From Ginglymostoma cirratum (lineage: Eukaryota), in NCBI GenBank assembly GCA_024137785.1, contig JAHRHZ010000024.1:1548745-1612744 (forward strand): a stretch of DNA of 64,000 nt, read 5' to 3'. Every line of letters starts with the position of its first letter. Position 1 is the stretch's first letter. Of the stretch, positions 38,278-50,200 are shown piece after piece. Below the pieces are notes generated by a model. That model made no database searches. It was not told the DNA's origin and was given only the letters and a program-made list of their open reading frames with translations. The position numbers and the translations under genes were made by a program.

Positions 38278-39570
38278 GCCATAAGAAATGGGAACAGGAG
38301 TAGGTCATTAGGCCCCTTGAGCCTACTCTGGCATTCAATAGGATTGTGGCTGATCCCACATTCCTCACGTGAGACTGATCAAGAACCTATCCATCTCATC
38401 CTTTAAAATAGACACGGCCCGGTCCCCACAGCTCCATGTGGCAAGGACTCCTGAAGACCCATAAAAACAGAAAGAGCTGTGGATGCTGTAAATCAGTAAC
38501 AAAAACAAAGTTGCTGGAAAAGCTCAGCAGGTCTGGCAGCATCTGTGAAGAGAAATCAGGGTTAACGTTTTGGGTCCGATGACCCTTCCTCAGAACGGAT
38601 GTTAGCTAGGAAAAGGTTGGTTTATATGCAAAAGATAGGGTGGGGGAGGGGGTAAGGAGTACACAATAGATGGGGGTAGAGGCCAAAGAGAGAAAATGGC
38701 TGCTAATTGCCTTTGCCCTTCATTATGTGGCCATATTAATTGTCTCAAAGGGTGGTGAACCTTTACCAGCCCAGAGTGAGGTGGATGCTGGGACATTGAG
38801 CAAGTTTAAGGAGGAGACAGACAGATTCTTAGTTAGTAATGGATTACAGGGTTAGGGAAAGGGGACAGGATAGTGGAACTGAGACTGAGATGAGCTCAGC
38901 CATGATCATATCAAACGGCACAGCAGATTTGATGGCCTGAATTGCCTATTCCTGCTTTTAAATAAAAACCCTCAAAGAACTGCGGATGCTGTAAATCAGA
39001 AGCAAAAACCGAAATTGCTGGAAAGGCTCAGCGGCTCTGGCAGCACCCCTGGAGAGAAATCAGAGTTAACGTTTCAGGGTCGAATGACCCTTCCTCAGAA
39101 CTCCCTGAACTTTTCCAGCAATTTCTGTTTTTCATTCTGATTTACAGCATTTAAGGTGAGAGGGGAAAGGTACAAAAGGGACCTAAACAACCTTTTCACG
39201 TAGAGGGTACCACGTGTAAGGAATGAAAACAAAGTTCTGAGGAAGGGTCACTGGACCCGTAACATTAACTCTGTTTTCTCCTCCACAGATGCTGCGAGAC
39301 CTGCTGAGCTTTTCCAGCAACTTTGTTTTTGTTCCTGATTTACAGCACCATCAGTTCTTTTGGCTTTTACATGTAAGGAATGAGCTGCCAGAGGAAGTGG
39401 TGGAGGCTGGTACAATTACAACATTTAAAAGGCATCTGGATGGATACGTGAATAGGAAGGGTTTAAGAGGGAAATGGGTCAAATACTGGCAAATGGGACT
39501 AGATTTATTTAGGATGGCATGGAGTGAAGAGTTTGATTTCATGCTATCCAACTCTATGACTCTATATGAT
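38278..39570. mobile_element. Cluster of CR1 3' ends (38278-38460 -, 38745-38960 +, 39150-39570 +) and family-B pLTRs (38462-38700 -, 38965-39150, 39227-39371 +)
   Basis: CR1 motif NELPEEVVEAGTITTFKRHLDGY. pLTR cores at 38564-38593 (-), 39068-39098 (-) and 39237-39266 (+). TSD tgtaaggaatga at 39215-39226 and 39372-39383. Confidence 0.85.
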
Positions 39571-40417
39571 GGTATCAAATCTTGTTAGATAAACAACTGC
39601 GGTAACGGATATCTAGCTGTGAGTAACGCCTGCTCCATCATCGTTTTACTTCTGTTGCAAAGTGAACACGATACAATAAGTAACTTCTTTACAATGGATC
39701 CTTTAACACCTCTATCATAAGCAATGGCAATAGAGATTATGAATAGTAAGGGGAAGTTTACGCTTTGAGAACTATGTGCATGCCACAATTATTTATCTAC
39801 AAATTCAGTCAGATGTTTTACAGCAGTATTCATGCAGCAGCGACCAGCGTGCGCATTAATTGGTATTTAATGCACTTCAACACACGCTAGGCTTCCTCTT
39901 TCAATTTGAACTCCAACCAAGCTGGGCACAAACGGATCTATAATTTATGCACACGTTCTCATTCACTGCACCTTAATGAGATTATACAACCATGGACGGA
40001 AATTGGGGAGACTTTAATCCACAGTCTTCCTGAGTAGATGCACGTGTGCTGCGGATGTTGAGTACACTTCGTGCCTGTTTTTTTTTTGAAAAAAATGTAA
40101 ATACAAACACCAGTTACTCGGCAGATTAAAATAATTAACTAAAGGTGTTTTCGTACAGTTCGAAACACGTGCCACTGGGTCGAATTAAGTTATCTGTCCT
40201 GCGATGGATAACGTTCAAGTTCGTTAAATCCTTCTGCAAAAAGGGTGATTGTTAATTTCAAGCGAGTGTAGTTAGTCCCATTTTGATGGCTGTGCTCTGC
40301 AGCATCAATGACCCTAACATTGCGTTGGTACTGGCGTTAACTTACGTCGGGAAGATTTTTGGAACTGAAGCACATCCATCGATGACATCGTGATAAATTT
40401 TAAATAAGACCACAGAC

Positions 40418-40525
40418 CCCTCTTGTGGCAGGGTCCCAACCCCTGGCCCAGGATGCCCGAGTTCAAGTCCTACCTGCTCTAGAGGTGTGTAATAACATCT
40501 CTGTACACGTTGTTTAGACAAAAAA
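40418..40525 (+). mobile_element. Short tRNA-derived SINE
   Basis: gagttcaagtcctacctgctctagaggtgtgtaataacatctctgtac; homologous to 37948-38063. Confidence 0.75.
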
Positions 40526-40584
40526 GTTTTTTTTTAAAGAACATGGGTTCTGGAGTTTGAATTGCGTCAAATATTTCGTTATAA

Positions 40585-40752
40585 GTAACCAAAACAGAAA
40601 TTGCTTGAAAAACTCAGCAAGTCTGAGGAAGGGTCACTCGACCCGAAACGTTAACTCTGATTTCTCTTCACAGATGCTGCCAGATCTGCTGAACTTTTCT
40701 AGCAATTGTTAATTTTGTTTCTGACTTACAGCATCCGCAGTTTCGGTTTTTA
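40585..40752. mobile_element. Fold-back pLTR (family B)
   Basis: aaaacagaaattgcttgaaaaactcagca (inverted piece) followed by a full plus-strand pLTR. Confidence 0.8.
40623..40652 (+). ncRNA. Intact minimal hammerhead ribozyme motif (family B)
   Basis: CUGAGGA-A-GGGUC-ACUC-GACCC-GAAACGUU: perfect 5-bp stem II, ACGU palindrome, GUU triplet. Confidence 0.75.
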
Positions 40753-41310
40753 TTCGGTAATAAATTTCTCGTTATTACCTTCATTAAGGGGCACATTCAT
40801 ACCGGACAGCAGATAAATCTACCTGACACCTTTATTCTATGCTTCGATTTGGAGCTGAATTTGGTTGTGTTTGAGAGGGATTTTTGTTTTTGGTCATTTA
40901 CTGACTTTTTACATTTATCTACACTATATTTCTGAGGTATCCTTACCTCCCCACTATCCCCCAACCTCCACTTCTCACTGGGGTTCAAACAGTATCGGTA
41001 AGTCTGCACAACAGATGGAGAATTGTCGGATAAGGTAAGCTAGTCCCCCAATACTTAAACATTCATAACTCTTATGGAAATGCGCTTGTATCGGGCCTAA
41101 GCCCGCACCCCCATTAATCGTGACATTCTGAGGATTGTGAATTGGAGTTTATTGAACCTGATGTTGATATCCATTCCTGGCTGATGAAAGAAACAATGAG
41201 TTATACAGAGCTTTTTCAAGTTTGAATTGTATAGTTTCCTATACAATATTTTACTATGTCTTCTGCTCTCTCGTTGTCTTAATGGATCTCAAACAAGTTT
41301 CCACTTTACT

Positions 41311-41457
41311 AGATAACAAGGTGTAGAGCTGGATGAACACAGCAGGCCAAGCAACATCAGAGGAGCAGGAAAGCTGACGTTTCGAGTCGGGACCCTTCAG
41401 AAGTTTCGTCCAGCTCTACACCTTGTTATTCTCAGACTTCAGCATCGGCAGTTCCTG
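41311..41457. mobile_element. Fold-back pLTR (family A)
   Basis: ataacaaggtgtagagctgga ... tccagctctacaccttgttat arms, with a partly deleted core on minus. Confidence 0.8.
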
Positions 41458-41787
41458 GCGTGCATTACCAAATTTAGTTCTTCAGTAGCTGAAGGTGATT
41501 GTGTAATTTGATATGAGGCGGCTGGATGGATTTTACAGAGCTCACGATATAGGAATGTGTTGGATGACTGAGGCGAGATGGGAGGCTTCACTTCACCCCA
41601 AGGTGGTTGAAATGTGGAGACTTTGTGGCGAATGGGGCATTATGTTTACCCGTGGTTAATCAATATTTAATAAGCTTTCATGTTCTGAATACACGCTAGC
41701 GTCATTTTTTTTTAAAGTTACTGCCTTCAAGAGGAATTCCATGACATAGGAGAATGCATGCTTGCGCTTCGACTCAATCGTTAACCA

Positions 41788-41882
41788 CAAAAAACCCAAA
41801 TTGCTGGAAAAGCTCAGTAGGTCTGGCAGCATCTGTGGAGAGAAATCAGAGTTAACGTTTCGGGGCCAGTGACCCTTCCTCG
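41788..41882 (-). mobile_element. Partial pLTR (family B)
   Basis: ttgctggaaaagctcag...gagttaacgtttcggggccagtgacccttcctc. Confidence 0.8.
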
Positions 41883-42464
41883 CCAATATTGAAGGAAATT
41901 GTGGGTTTGGAAGACTGGGAAGGGAAATGCCTGGTTTTGAGAGAGAAAAGGGATAGTGCCTCAAAGTAAGAAAATGAGGGTTTTAATAGACGTGTCAGTG
42001 CTATCCAAATGTGTCCATCTCAGGGTATTGGCAGGCAAAGTCACTTTTGTGTTTAAACTGTTGAATTCACTGATCACTTCAAGCACTCCTGAGAGACCTA
42101 TATCCTTTGTGATGTACAGAAGGGAGGGCTGCTTGAGACTGCACGTTCAGCTGTATCCCACTCAATGAATCCTGGACTTTCACATTCCATTTCATTTAAA
42201 GTGCTTTTCTACAAAAGGAACATCCCAAACTCCTCAGTGGCCACGATCAGGTGTATTCCACGAGGTGAGCCAATACATTAAACTCTCTCTAAGCTTGTCC
42301 CAACATATGAAGATGATGCATACTCATTTGAATTGAGTGAAACCAATTTAATTTGAAATATTTTTACAAATGAAATTAATTTTGTCATATGCCTTTGACT
42401 CCTTTGTGCTCTCTGGACTTGAACAGAGAAGTTGTGGCTATGCACGGCTTCCTTAATGGGCTGA

Positions 42465-42617
42465 AAACAAAAAAAAAGCTGGAGATCACAACCTAAAGAG
42501 TCATCTAGACTTGAAACATTAGCTTGCTTTCTCTCCGTGGATGCTGTCTGACCCATTGTGATCTCCAGCATTTTTTTTCTTGTTTTCGGTGCAGATTCCA
42601 GCATCTGCAGTAATTGC
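42465..42617. mobile_element. Fold-back pLTR (family D), 15-bp TSD
   Basis: tccttaatgggctga (42450-42464) and tccttaatgagctga (42618-42632). Body homologous to 63746-63875. Confidence 0.8.
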
Positions 42618-45600
42618 TCCTTAATGAGCTGATTGGTGAGGCAGCATGATCAGCTGTTGCTTTTCGTCAATGAAAATCTTACTCTGCTCAATTTAACCTG
42701 TTTTTCGTGCATAGCCACTACCTCTTAGGGTTTTAATTTAATTGTACTGGAAACAGGAACGAGAAGAGGGTATTTATATGCAGCTCTGATTAAAATGTCA
42801 GACTGTTGACTAAGTCACAGTGGATTGGCTATCACAGTCTGGTAGGAGGCTTGTTTTGTTGAATTTAATTCTGGTTCAGTGTATTCCATATGAAAGGATA
42901 TGGTTCACCGAACATGTTTGATAATGGCCATTTATCACATGTATAGAATAAGTCGTTCTAACAGACAAATCCACATAGTGTGACAAAAAGTGACATGAAG
43001 ACATTAATGAGATTCTACATATTGGCAATAAAATCAGGAGAGCAGCTTGAAACAAAATGATGCCCAAACCAGCAAATCTTACTGCCTTCCTAAAATTATA
43101 ACAACCCAATAACATACAACTTGATGAGCCCTTGATTGCTGATACCTATCAAGCTCAGACTACAAAAGCTGCAGTATCTTTTAATACAACACAGATATGT
43201 AACATGAATCCCCAACTGTGCTGTGCAATATATTTTGAATGATGACTTGAGGCAGTATGTCTTTAATGCTTTTAGACTAAGTGCAATGCATTACAGACAA
43301 TTGAGCCCCATAGAAAGCAGAGGATTACATATGTTGATATCTTCTGAAATGTGTAACTGAATTACTTAAAGCTGAAAGACTTAAAAAAAACCCCTGCAAT
43401 TCTTAAAGGTAATGTATCATTGGACAACACGTGTGGAAAGTGATCAATCAAACTCGACAGCCAACTAAAGATTGTGTTCCTATCCTTGGGGGTATGGGAG
43501 GAACATTGAGGAAGAGTTGATGCTGCCAGAAATTCAATTTGGATGTTTCTAATCTCATGAAAATTATACCATTCTCTCAATCTCTCTCTACCTCTAAGAC
43601 AGCTCCATAAACTTTATTCGAGGCACCTTTTATCCTTCAGCCAATTTATATATTTTTACTGGTGTAAGAATTGTTGGCACTTTTATGAAGTTAAAAGTGT
43701 TTAAATAAAAGGACACCTTTAGGCTCATCTCCTATTGTCTCAACCCAATACCTAAAGGTGTAAATGTATTACCAACTTGGTAATACGTTTGTGGAGGAAA
43801 AGATTTGAATTTGTGAGTGATCAACTTCTTACTTTTGTTCTTCTATCTATAGCACATGTTTCACAAATAGATATTGTTTCAAACAAAAAATAGTACACAA
43901 GCTATAGCTTAAGGAAGAACTAATTAATTTTGAAGTTGCAAGACTGGATCCTGATTCTTTCATATTTTAAATAGAATGTTATTGATAGTCTTAGCTACTG
44001 AGGTGAAATTTGCAAAAGCTGTCAAATATGTGCAGAGTTTTCAGGACACATTGTTGGATGTGGATTGGCCTAAAGCTTCCTTTGCTTAGTAAAAGCTTTT
44101 AATAGGTTTTATTTTCAGCTTTAGTTGTAGAATCAACCAAGCAAGAAAAAAAAAACCCAAGGAGGAGCTTTGTAATTGTAATAAGGTTTGTGTGGCTGAA
44201 GTGTGCATTGTACTGTATGATCCCTTCACTCGTTCCAGCCATAGAGATTTCCATACTTGGTATAGAAGTTACTTCTGCAACTATAAACCAAATGGAAAGT
44301 GTTAGCAATCTTTGTAATGTCTTTAATCTTGAATTATTGATGCACATGTTAGCTCCTGGGTAATTCAGACTTCAGGAAATACTAGTTTATTAAATTAGAG
44401 AGAGAATCAGTTATTTCCAAGAGATTATCAATTTTGAGGTCTGCAGTACGAATGCCTCAAAGAATATTGAGATTTGTTTGCAGAATAAAGTCTAAACTCA
44501 TTGGAAAGCAAAGCAGACCACGCAGCTTGAGGAATAGAGGACCAAGAAAAGCAGAGCTTGAGAAGGGGAAATTACTAAAACACAATAATGGGATGAAGAG
44601 GATGCAGCAGACTGCATTTTCCAGTCGCAACTCTTATTACAATCATGCAGCTCTTCAGGATTTCCCTTTTTTTAAACCAGCTTTATCGTAATAGAAGCCT
44701 TTACAAGAAATTCCACCTCTGTTGAGGAGATTTCACACCAATTCATATCTAGCAACCTGTTCTGAAAACCCTGCGCATGTTTTGATAGCTGGTACAAATA
44801 CCCCTCCAATGCCAACAAGCCACAACATTCTTCTACAACCTTTTATTACAAAGAATAAAAAGGTCACTTAAAATTTATTCCATTGTCCTTCATTAATGAA
44901 TCCTGAAAATTCCAAAATTCTGAATTGTGTATTCAACAGTAACAAATCAGTTTTTCCCAGGGCCATATCTGTATGAAGTTTTATTAAAATCTGTCCATTA
45001 ATTTTGTGATTCCTTACAGATCAATACATTAATGAGTGAAAGACATTATCCCCAATGGCCTACAGTGGGACAAGTAACCAATATTTCAGTCAAGGGGACA
45101 TTTGTTATTTGTATCAGCAGATAGGTCCAGTGTAAAATTAAATTTAAGTGTTAAATTCCAAAGAAACAAACAAAGCAAGTTGATTTCCAGCATTGTGTAA
45201 CTCCAAGCATGTCAAAGATAAGATGGTCTAACTGTATGCATTACTGTTAGCATAAATAATTCTTGTCCATGATTTTTTGTGGCTTGGGTTTCAATTTGAT
45301 CAGGAATGAACCTTTTTTAATATTTGTGTGCTGACATGCATGATGAAAGTACAACTGAGTAAATTTTTGTTTTTATTACCTGCTTTGCGTTTTCTGATTT
45401 ATTCTCTAGTCTTTCCAGCAAAAGTTATTTGGTGGATAAAGATAGAGGAAGCCATATTTCTGCCAAGCCACTTAATAGGCACACAACTTACAAATCATGA
45501 TCAAGCTTGCATATGTAATAAATTTCATTTGGTATTACTGTGTGGTCACAAAATTACAAGTAATTCAACTGTAGATAAGCAGTGCAGTTCAGGAGCCTGT

Positions 45601-46244
45601 ATTACAGTGCTGCCCATCGATCCTGGTACATTGGGGTATGACAGTGTGTCCAAGCCTGAGTATTTTAATATGGATTAATGATCTCCTACTATGCCATACG
45701 AGAAAAGGCAAGGCTATGTGATTTTTCTCTGAAGTCGAACCAGGGCATCCAAATATGGTTCAGTCCCAATTTTATAGTCCTATATCTATTTTAACTTTTG
45801 CAACAATAATACTTTCGGGGTTATGCTCATGAATAGTAATGTGTGGTAATTTGGGAAACAGAGGGAAAAGGTGATTGTCAAAATCTATTTTATCTACATG
45901 CTTCTGCAATCTCATGCACTCCAAACCCTTTCCATCATCTACAATGCAAAAGACAAGAATGTGATAGATTACTGTCCATCTGTCTGCATGAGTGCAGCTC
46001 CAAAAATGAAATTCAGTACTATTCAGGATAGGGCAATTTCCTTTCAATTTAACTATTATTCTGCCACATTTTTAAACAATGCCGTTGCAGTGTGTACCCC
46101 CCCTTCATAAGGTGCAGTAGTGATTCGTGTCATGGATTTTCAACAGCACCTCCTATGATCATGACCTTTTACCTCCTGGTGCACCCAGTTGCACACTATC
46201 CTGAATGTGAAATAAATCACTTTTCCATTTAATAGTTGATGGGT

Positions 46245-46400
46245 CCATATCCTGGAATTTTCAACTTACCAGTGCCATGGAAGAATTTTTGCAAGGACTG
46301 CTACGATTCAAGAAGACAGCTCACCATCACCACCTCCAGGCCAATCAGGTTTGGGCAATAAGTGCTAGGTTTGTGAGTAACATGCTGCCCTGTGGGAAGG
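46245..46400 (+). mobile_element. Old CR1-clade 3' end
   Basis: Reverse-complement match to 11515-11655 (ttcaagaagacagctcacc...gggcaataa). Confidence 0.6.
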
Positions 46401-46977
46401 GAACAAAATTATCAACGCATGTGAATGGAGAAGGGGGAAATTAAAACAGCCATATTTGGATGGGGAAGAACAATGGGTGTTACTCTAGATGAAAAATTGG
46501 AAAAGAAATCACAAAACTGATTTAACAAGCATGGGGCTGGATGAACACAGCTTTGTTGTTGAGTATACAGTTCAGAATTTTGGAATTTTGAAGATTCATT
46601 AATATACATGAAAATGTACATTAATTTCAATGATGACACTGAACTAAACAAACTGAGGAAATGGAAGCAATTTTGTCACGGGTTATTAGCAACCTAATTC
46701 TTTCCAGGCAGTGCCTTTCAATTGAGGACGATTTGTTTCATCTACAATTGCAACAGATTTAACAGCCAGCTCGAAATCCAATATGATCCCCATCCTCTAC
46801 TGTATGTGAGTGATGGAGTCAATGATTTTTGGAAGCTTTGTATCTTCCCAAATAAACCTACGCTTTGTACGGTCGGAAGCCAAGGACTTTATGTATTGGT
46901 GAAGCTGTTTGATCCCTTCATGGATATTTAAAGGTCACCCCTAAAGCATTTTCATTGTCCACTTGCTGCCATGACCA

Positions 46978-47330
46978 TGCGGCACGGTGGCTCAGTGATT
47001 AGCACTGCTGCCTCACAGCACCTAGGTTCAATTCCACCCTTGGGTGAATGTCTGTGTGGCATTTGTATGTTTTCCCCATGTCTGTATGGGTTTCTGCCAC
47101 CTGCTCTGTTTACCTCCCACAGTGCAAAGATGTGCAGGCTAGGCGGATAGGCCATGTTCAAATTGCACATAGTGTTCAGGTGTGCAGATTAGGTGGATTA
47201 GCCATGGGAAATGCAGGGTTACAGGGAAAGGGTAGGGGGATGGGTCTGTGTGGGATGCTCTTCTGAGGGTCGGTGTGGACTTGTTAGGCCAAATGGCCTG
47301 TTTCCACACTGTAGGAATTCTATGATCTAT
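46978..47330 (+). mobile_element. Full-length HE1-type V-SINE
   Basis: gcggcacggtggctcagtgattagcactgctgcctcacag, B-box ggttcaattcc, V-domain and tail gtaggaattctatgatctatga. Confidence 0.92.
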
Positions 47331-48484
47331 GAAGTAGAGCAGTTGCTTTGGGAGTCTAGTCTCATAAATGGACAATTGATATGTCCTATTATGCAGAGTT
47401 GGTTTTGGTTGGTTGGCAGCTTGTTGTTGGGGCATGTTGACTTGAGAAGATGCTTGTGTTCCATTGGCTTCCTTTCCACTGGATTTGGTGGACCATGCAA
47501 AGGTTTGGCAGTACTTTAAGGTGCCTGCTCATGTTGTACGGATCTGCAAAATTTTTGGGATCACAGCTACTCAATAAACCATGACCTTGACATCCGGTTT
47601 GATGTCCTACCGCTGAAATACTCTGTTCTTCAGTTGGCTAAGGGCTGAGTTATCATTTGGAAGTGATGATGTGTAAACACAACAACATATAAACTGTGAC
47701 TTCAAATTGTTCAGGACTGGGAAATAAATATAGAAATCCTTTTTTCGAGAAGGGTAGAGCAGGAATGAAATGGAGTGTTGCAGTCAAAATGAAAAAGGAG
47801 ACGGTATGCTTCGGAAAAGATTGATTGCATAACTACACCTGCCAGAGAGTAAAGTCAGATGATTAAAGATCAACAATGAAAAAGATAGTTGTAAAAGTGA
47901 TAGAGTTGTCTTTTGGAAGGGAAATGGAATACAACATCTTCTTGGCCCAGCCAGGTTGTTAGGAATAAACAAAAGATATGTTAACTATTTGCTCATTGCA
48001 GCAGAAACTATAGACTCGCCTTCACACAGGGTGTGCAGGACTCCTTCCTGAAGCAGCTTGAGTGGGAAGCAAGGAAAAATAAAAGTTCTTAAAATAAATC
48101 AGAAGTATTTTACAAAGAGTATTGTTAAATGAAGCCGGTGGTACAGTTGATGGGGTGAAGGATCTCCTTACTACACGATTCTGAGGTGGAATCTGTGACC
48201 AGAAGCTAATGCTCATGGAAATTGTATTGAAATTCTAATGAAAGTGAATATATAAGAGGGGCCTGGACAGTGACCAATGCAATGGCCATTTATGAAAGGG
48301 AAGAGCACCAATCTAGATAATGACGTAAGATCTGTTGCAGGATAGGTTGGAATATTTAATCAAGCATTACGTTGTTTGAAATATCTAGAGGAAAAGAAAA
48401 TAATTAGAAATGTCCGTTTCAGAAAGATAGGGCCTTAACAAATCTAATGGCATTCATTTGGGCATGGGTAAGTGCAGGCCATAA

Positions 48485-50200
48485 TAGAGACATAGAAAAT
48501 AGCAGCTAGAGTAGGCCATTTGACCTATCAAGTATTCTGTCATTCAACTTAATCATGGCTGATCCTCTACATCAATGACATACTCTCTCTCTCTCTCTCT
48601 CCCTTCCCATTCCATTGACTTTTTTTTTTAAGCTTCTAAAAATCTATCTGCTTTTATGTTTAGTAACTTGGCCTCCTCAGTCTGTGGTGGAGAATTTCAC
48701 AGGTTCGCCATCCTCCGAGTGGAGACATTTCTCCTCCAGTCAGTCCAAAATGGCCTACCTTATATCCTGAGACAGTGACCCTTTTTGTTGTTCTGGAAAC
48801 CCCAATCAGGTGAAATATAACTCTGCATCCAGTTTGTTCCACCCTTGTCGAATTTCATTGTAATGAGATACACTCTCATTCTTCTGAACTTCTCCAGTGA
48901 AGATAGGCCTGACCAACCCAATCCCCTCCCTGCTACAACAACCCTGCCTGCCCAGGAGTTGACCTGGCGATTCTTTGCAGCTCTTCCTCTGTGGCAAGTG
49001 CTTAAGATACCAAAACTGTACATGATATTCCAGGCACGGTGTCACCTAGGCTCTGTACAATGCAGTGAATCTGAACTCAAATCCTCTCGCAGTGAAGTCC
49101 AACATGTATTGTTTTGCTTCCTAACTGTTTGCTGCATCTGTGAATGGTATCATGAACATCCAGGTCCTTTTCCCAATCTGTCACCATTTAAACAGTAGTC
49201 TGCTGATCTGTTTGTCTTACCGAGCTGGGTGGCTTCACACTTGCTTCACATCTGCCAACCTGTTGGCCCTCTCGCTCAAATAGCCTGAATTGCCTTGACT
49301 CGTTCTTTATGTCTTCCTCTCTGAATTCCATTGTTTTGTCACCAGCAAGGTTAGAAATATTACCCTTGATTTCCTCATGCAAGTAATTGATTGCATTCTG
49401 ATTAGCTAAGTCTTGGGCACTCAGATACCTTACTAGTCACCACTTTGCACTCTGGAAAAGACTCACTTATTCATGCTCTGTTTCTTGCCTGCTAAACAAT
49501 TCGCAATACATACCAATGTATTACAACCAATCCTACATGCTTGATTTTGTACACAAACATCTTTTCATAGAAACATTAACATCGTCTTCAGAGAATCCTA
49601 AAAAGTCTCATAGAGTCATATAGCACGGAGGCAGACCCTACGGTCTAACCAGTCCATGCCAACCATAATCACAAACTAAAATAGTCCCACCTGCCTGCTC
49701 CTAGCCCATATCCCTCCAAACCTTTCCCATTCGCGTACTTATCCAAAAGTCTTTTAAATATTGTAATTGCAACTGCATCCATCTCTTCTGTTAATCATAT
49801 CCACAAAATAAGCTCCAGGTTTGTTAAACACAATGTCACTTTCATAGATCCATATTAACATTATGTCATCCTGTTGGTATTTCCCAATGTTGCATCATTT
49901 TATAATAGATCCCAGCATGTAGGGTCTTGTGACACCATAGCAGTGCCTGAGCTTTAAAAAATCTATTCTCCAGCATTTTCCTTATAATGTCAGGCTGACA
50001 GGAGTTTAATTCCTAGATTTCTCATTCTTTCAGTGAGGTTACATTTACCACCCCCAAACTGCTGGCAGGGATCCAGAATCTGTAGGATTTTGGAAGTTGA
50101 CACCAATGCATCCATTATTTCAATGGCCACCTCCTTTAATACCCCAGGATGTAGATTCGAGCTCTGAGTATTTATCAGCATTCAGGCTTCTCCAGCATTT
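48485..50200 (-). mobile_element. Degraded CR1 with a nested younger CR1 3' end (49605-49790)
   Basis: Minus ORFs read TPCLEYHVQFW, SLEKFRRMR and LHPGVLKEVAIEIMDALV. A nested tail catagagtcatatagcac lies at about 49610. Confidence 0.75.

Larger units (their letters stand above)
39600..41900. promoter_or_regulatory. CpG-retaining block, candidate hypomethylated regulatory region
   Basis: CpG is visibly denser than in the flanks. CACGTG E-boxes near 40041 and 40166. Embedded repeats keep their CpGs. Confidence 0.4.
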
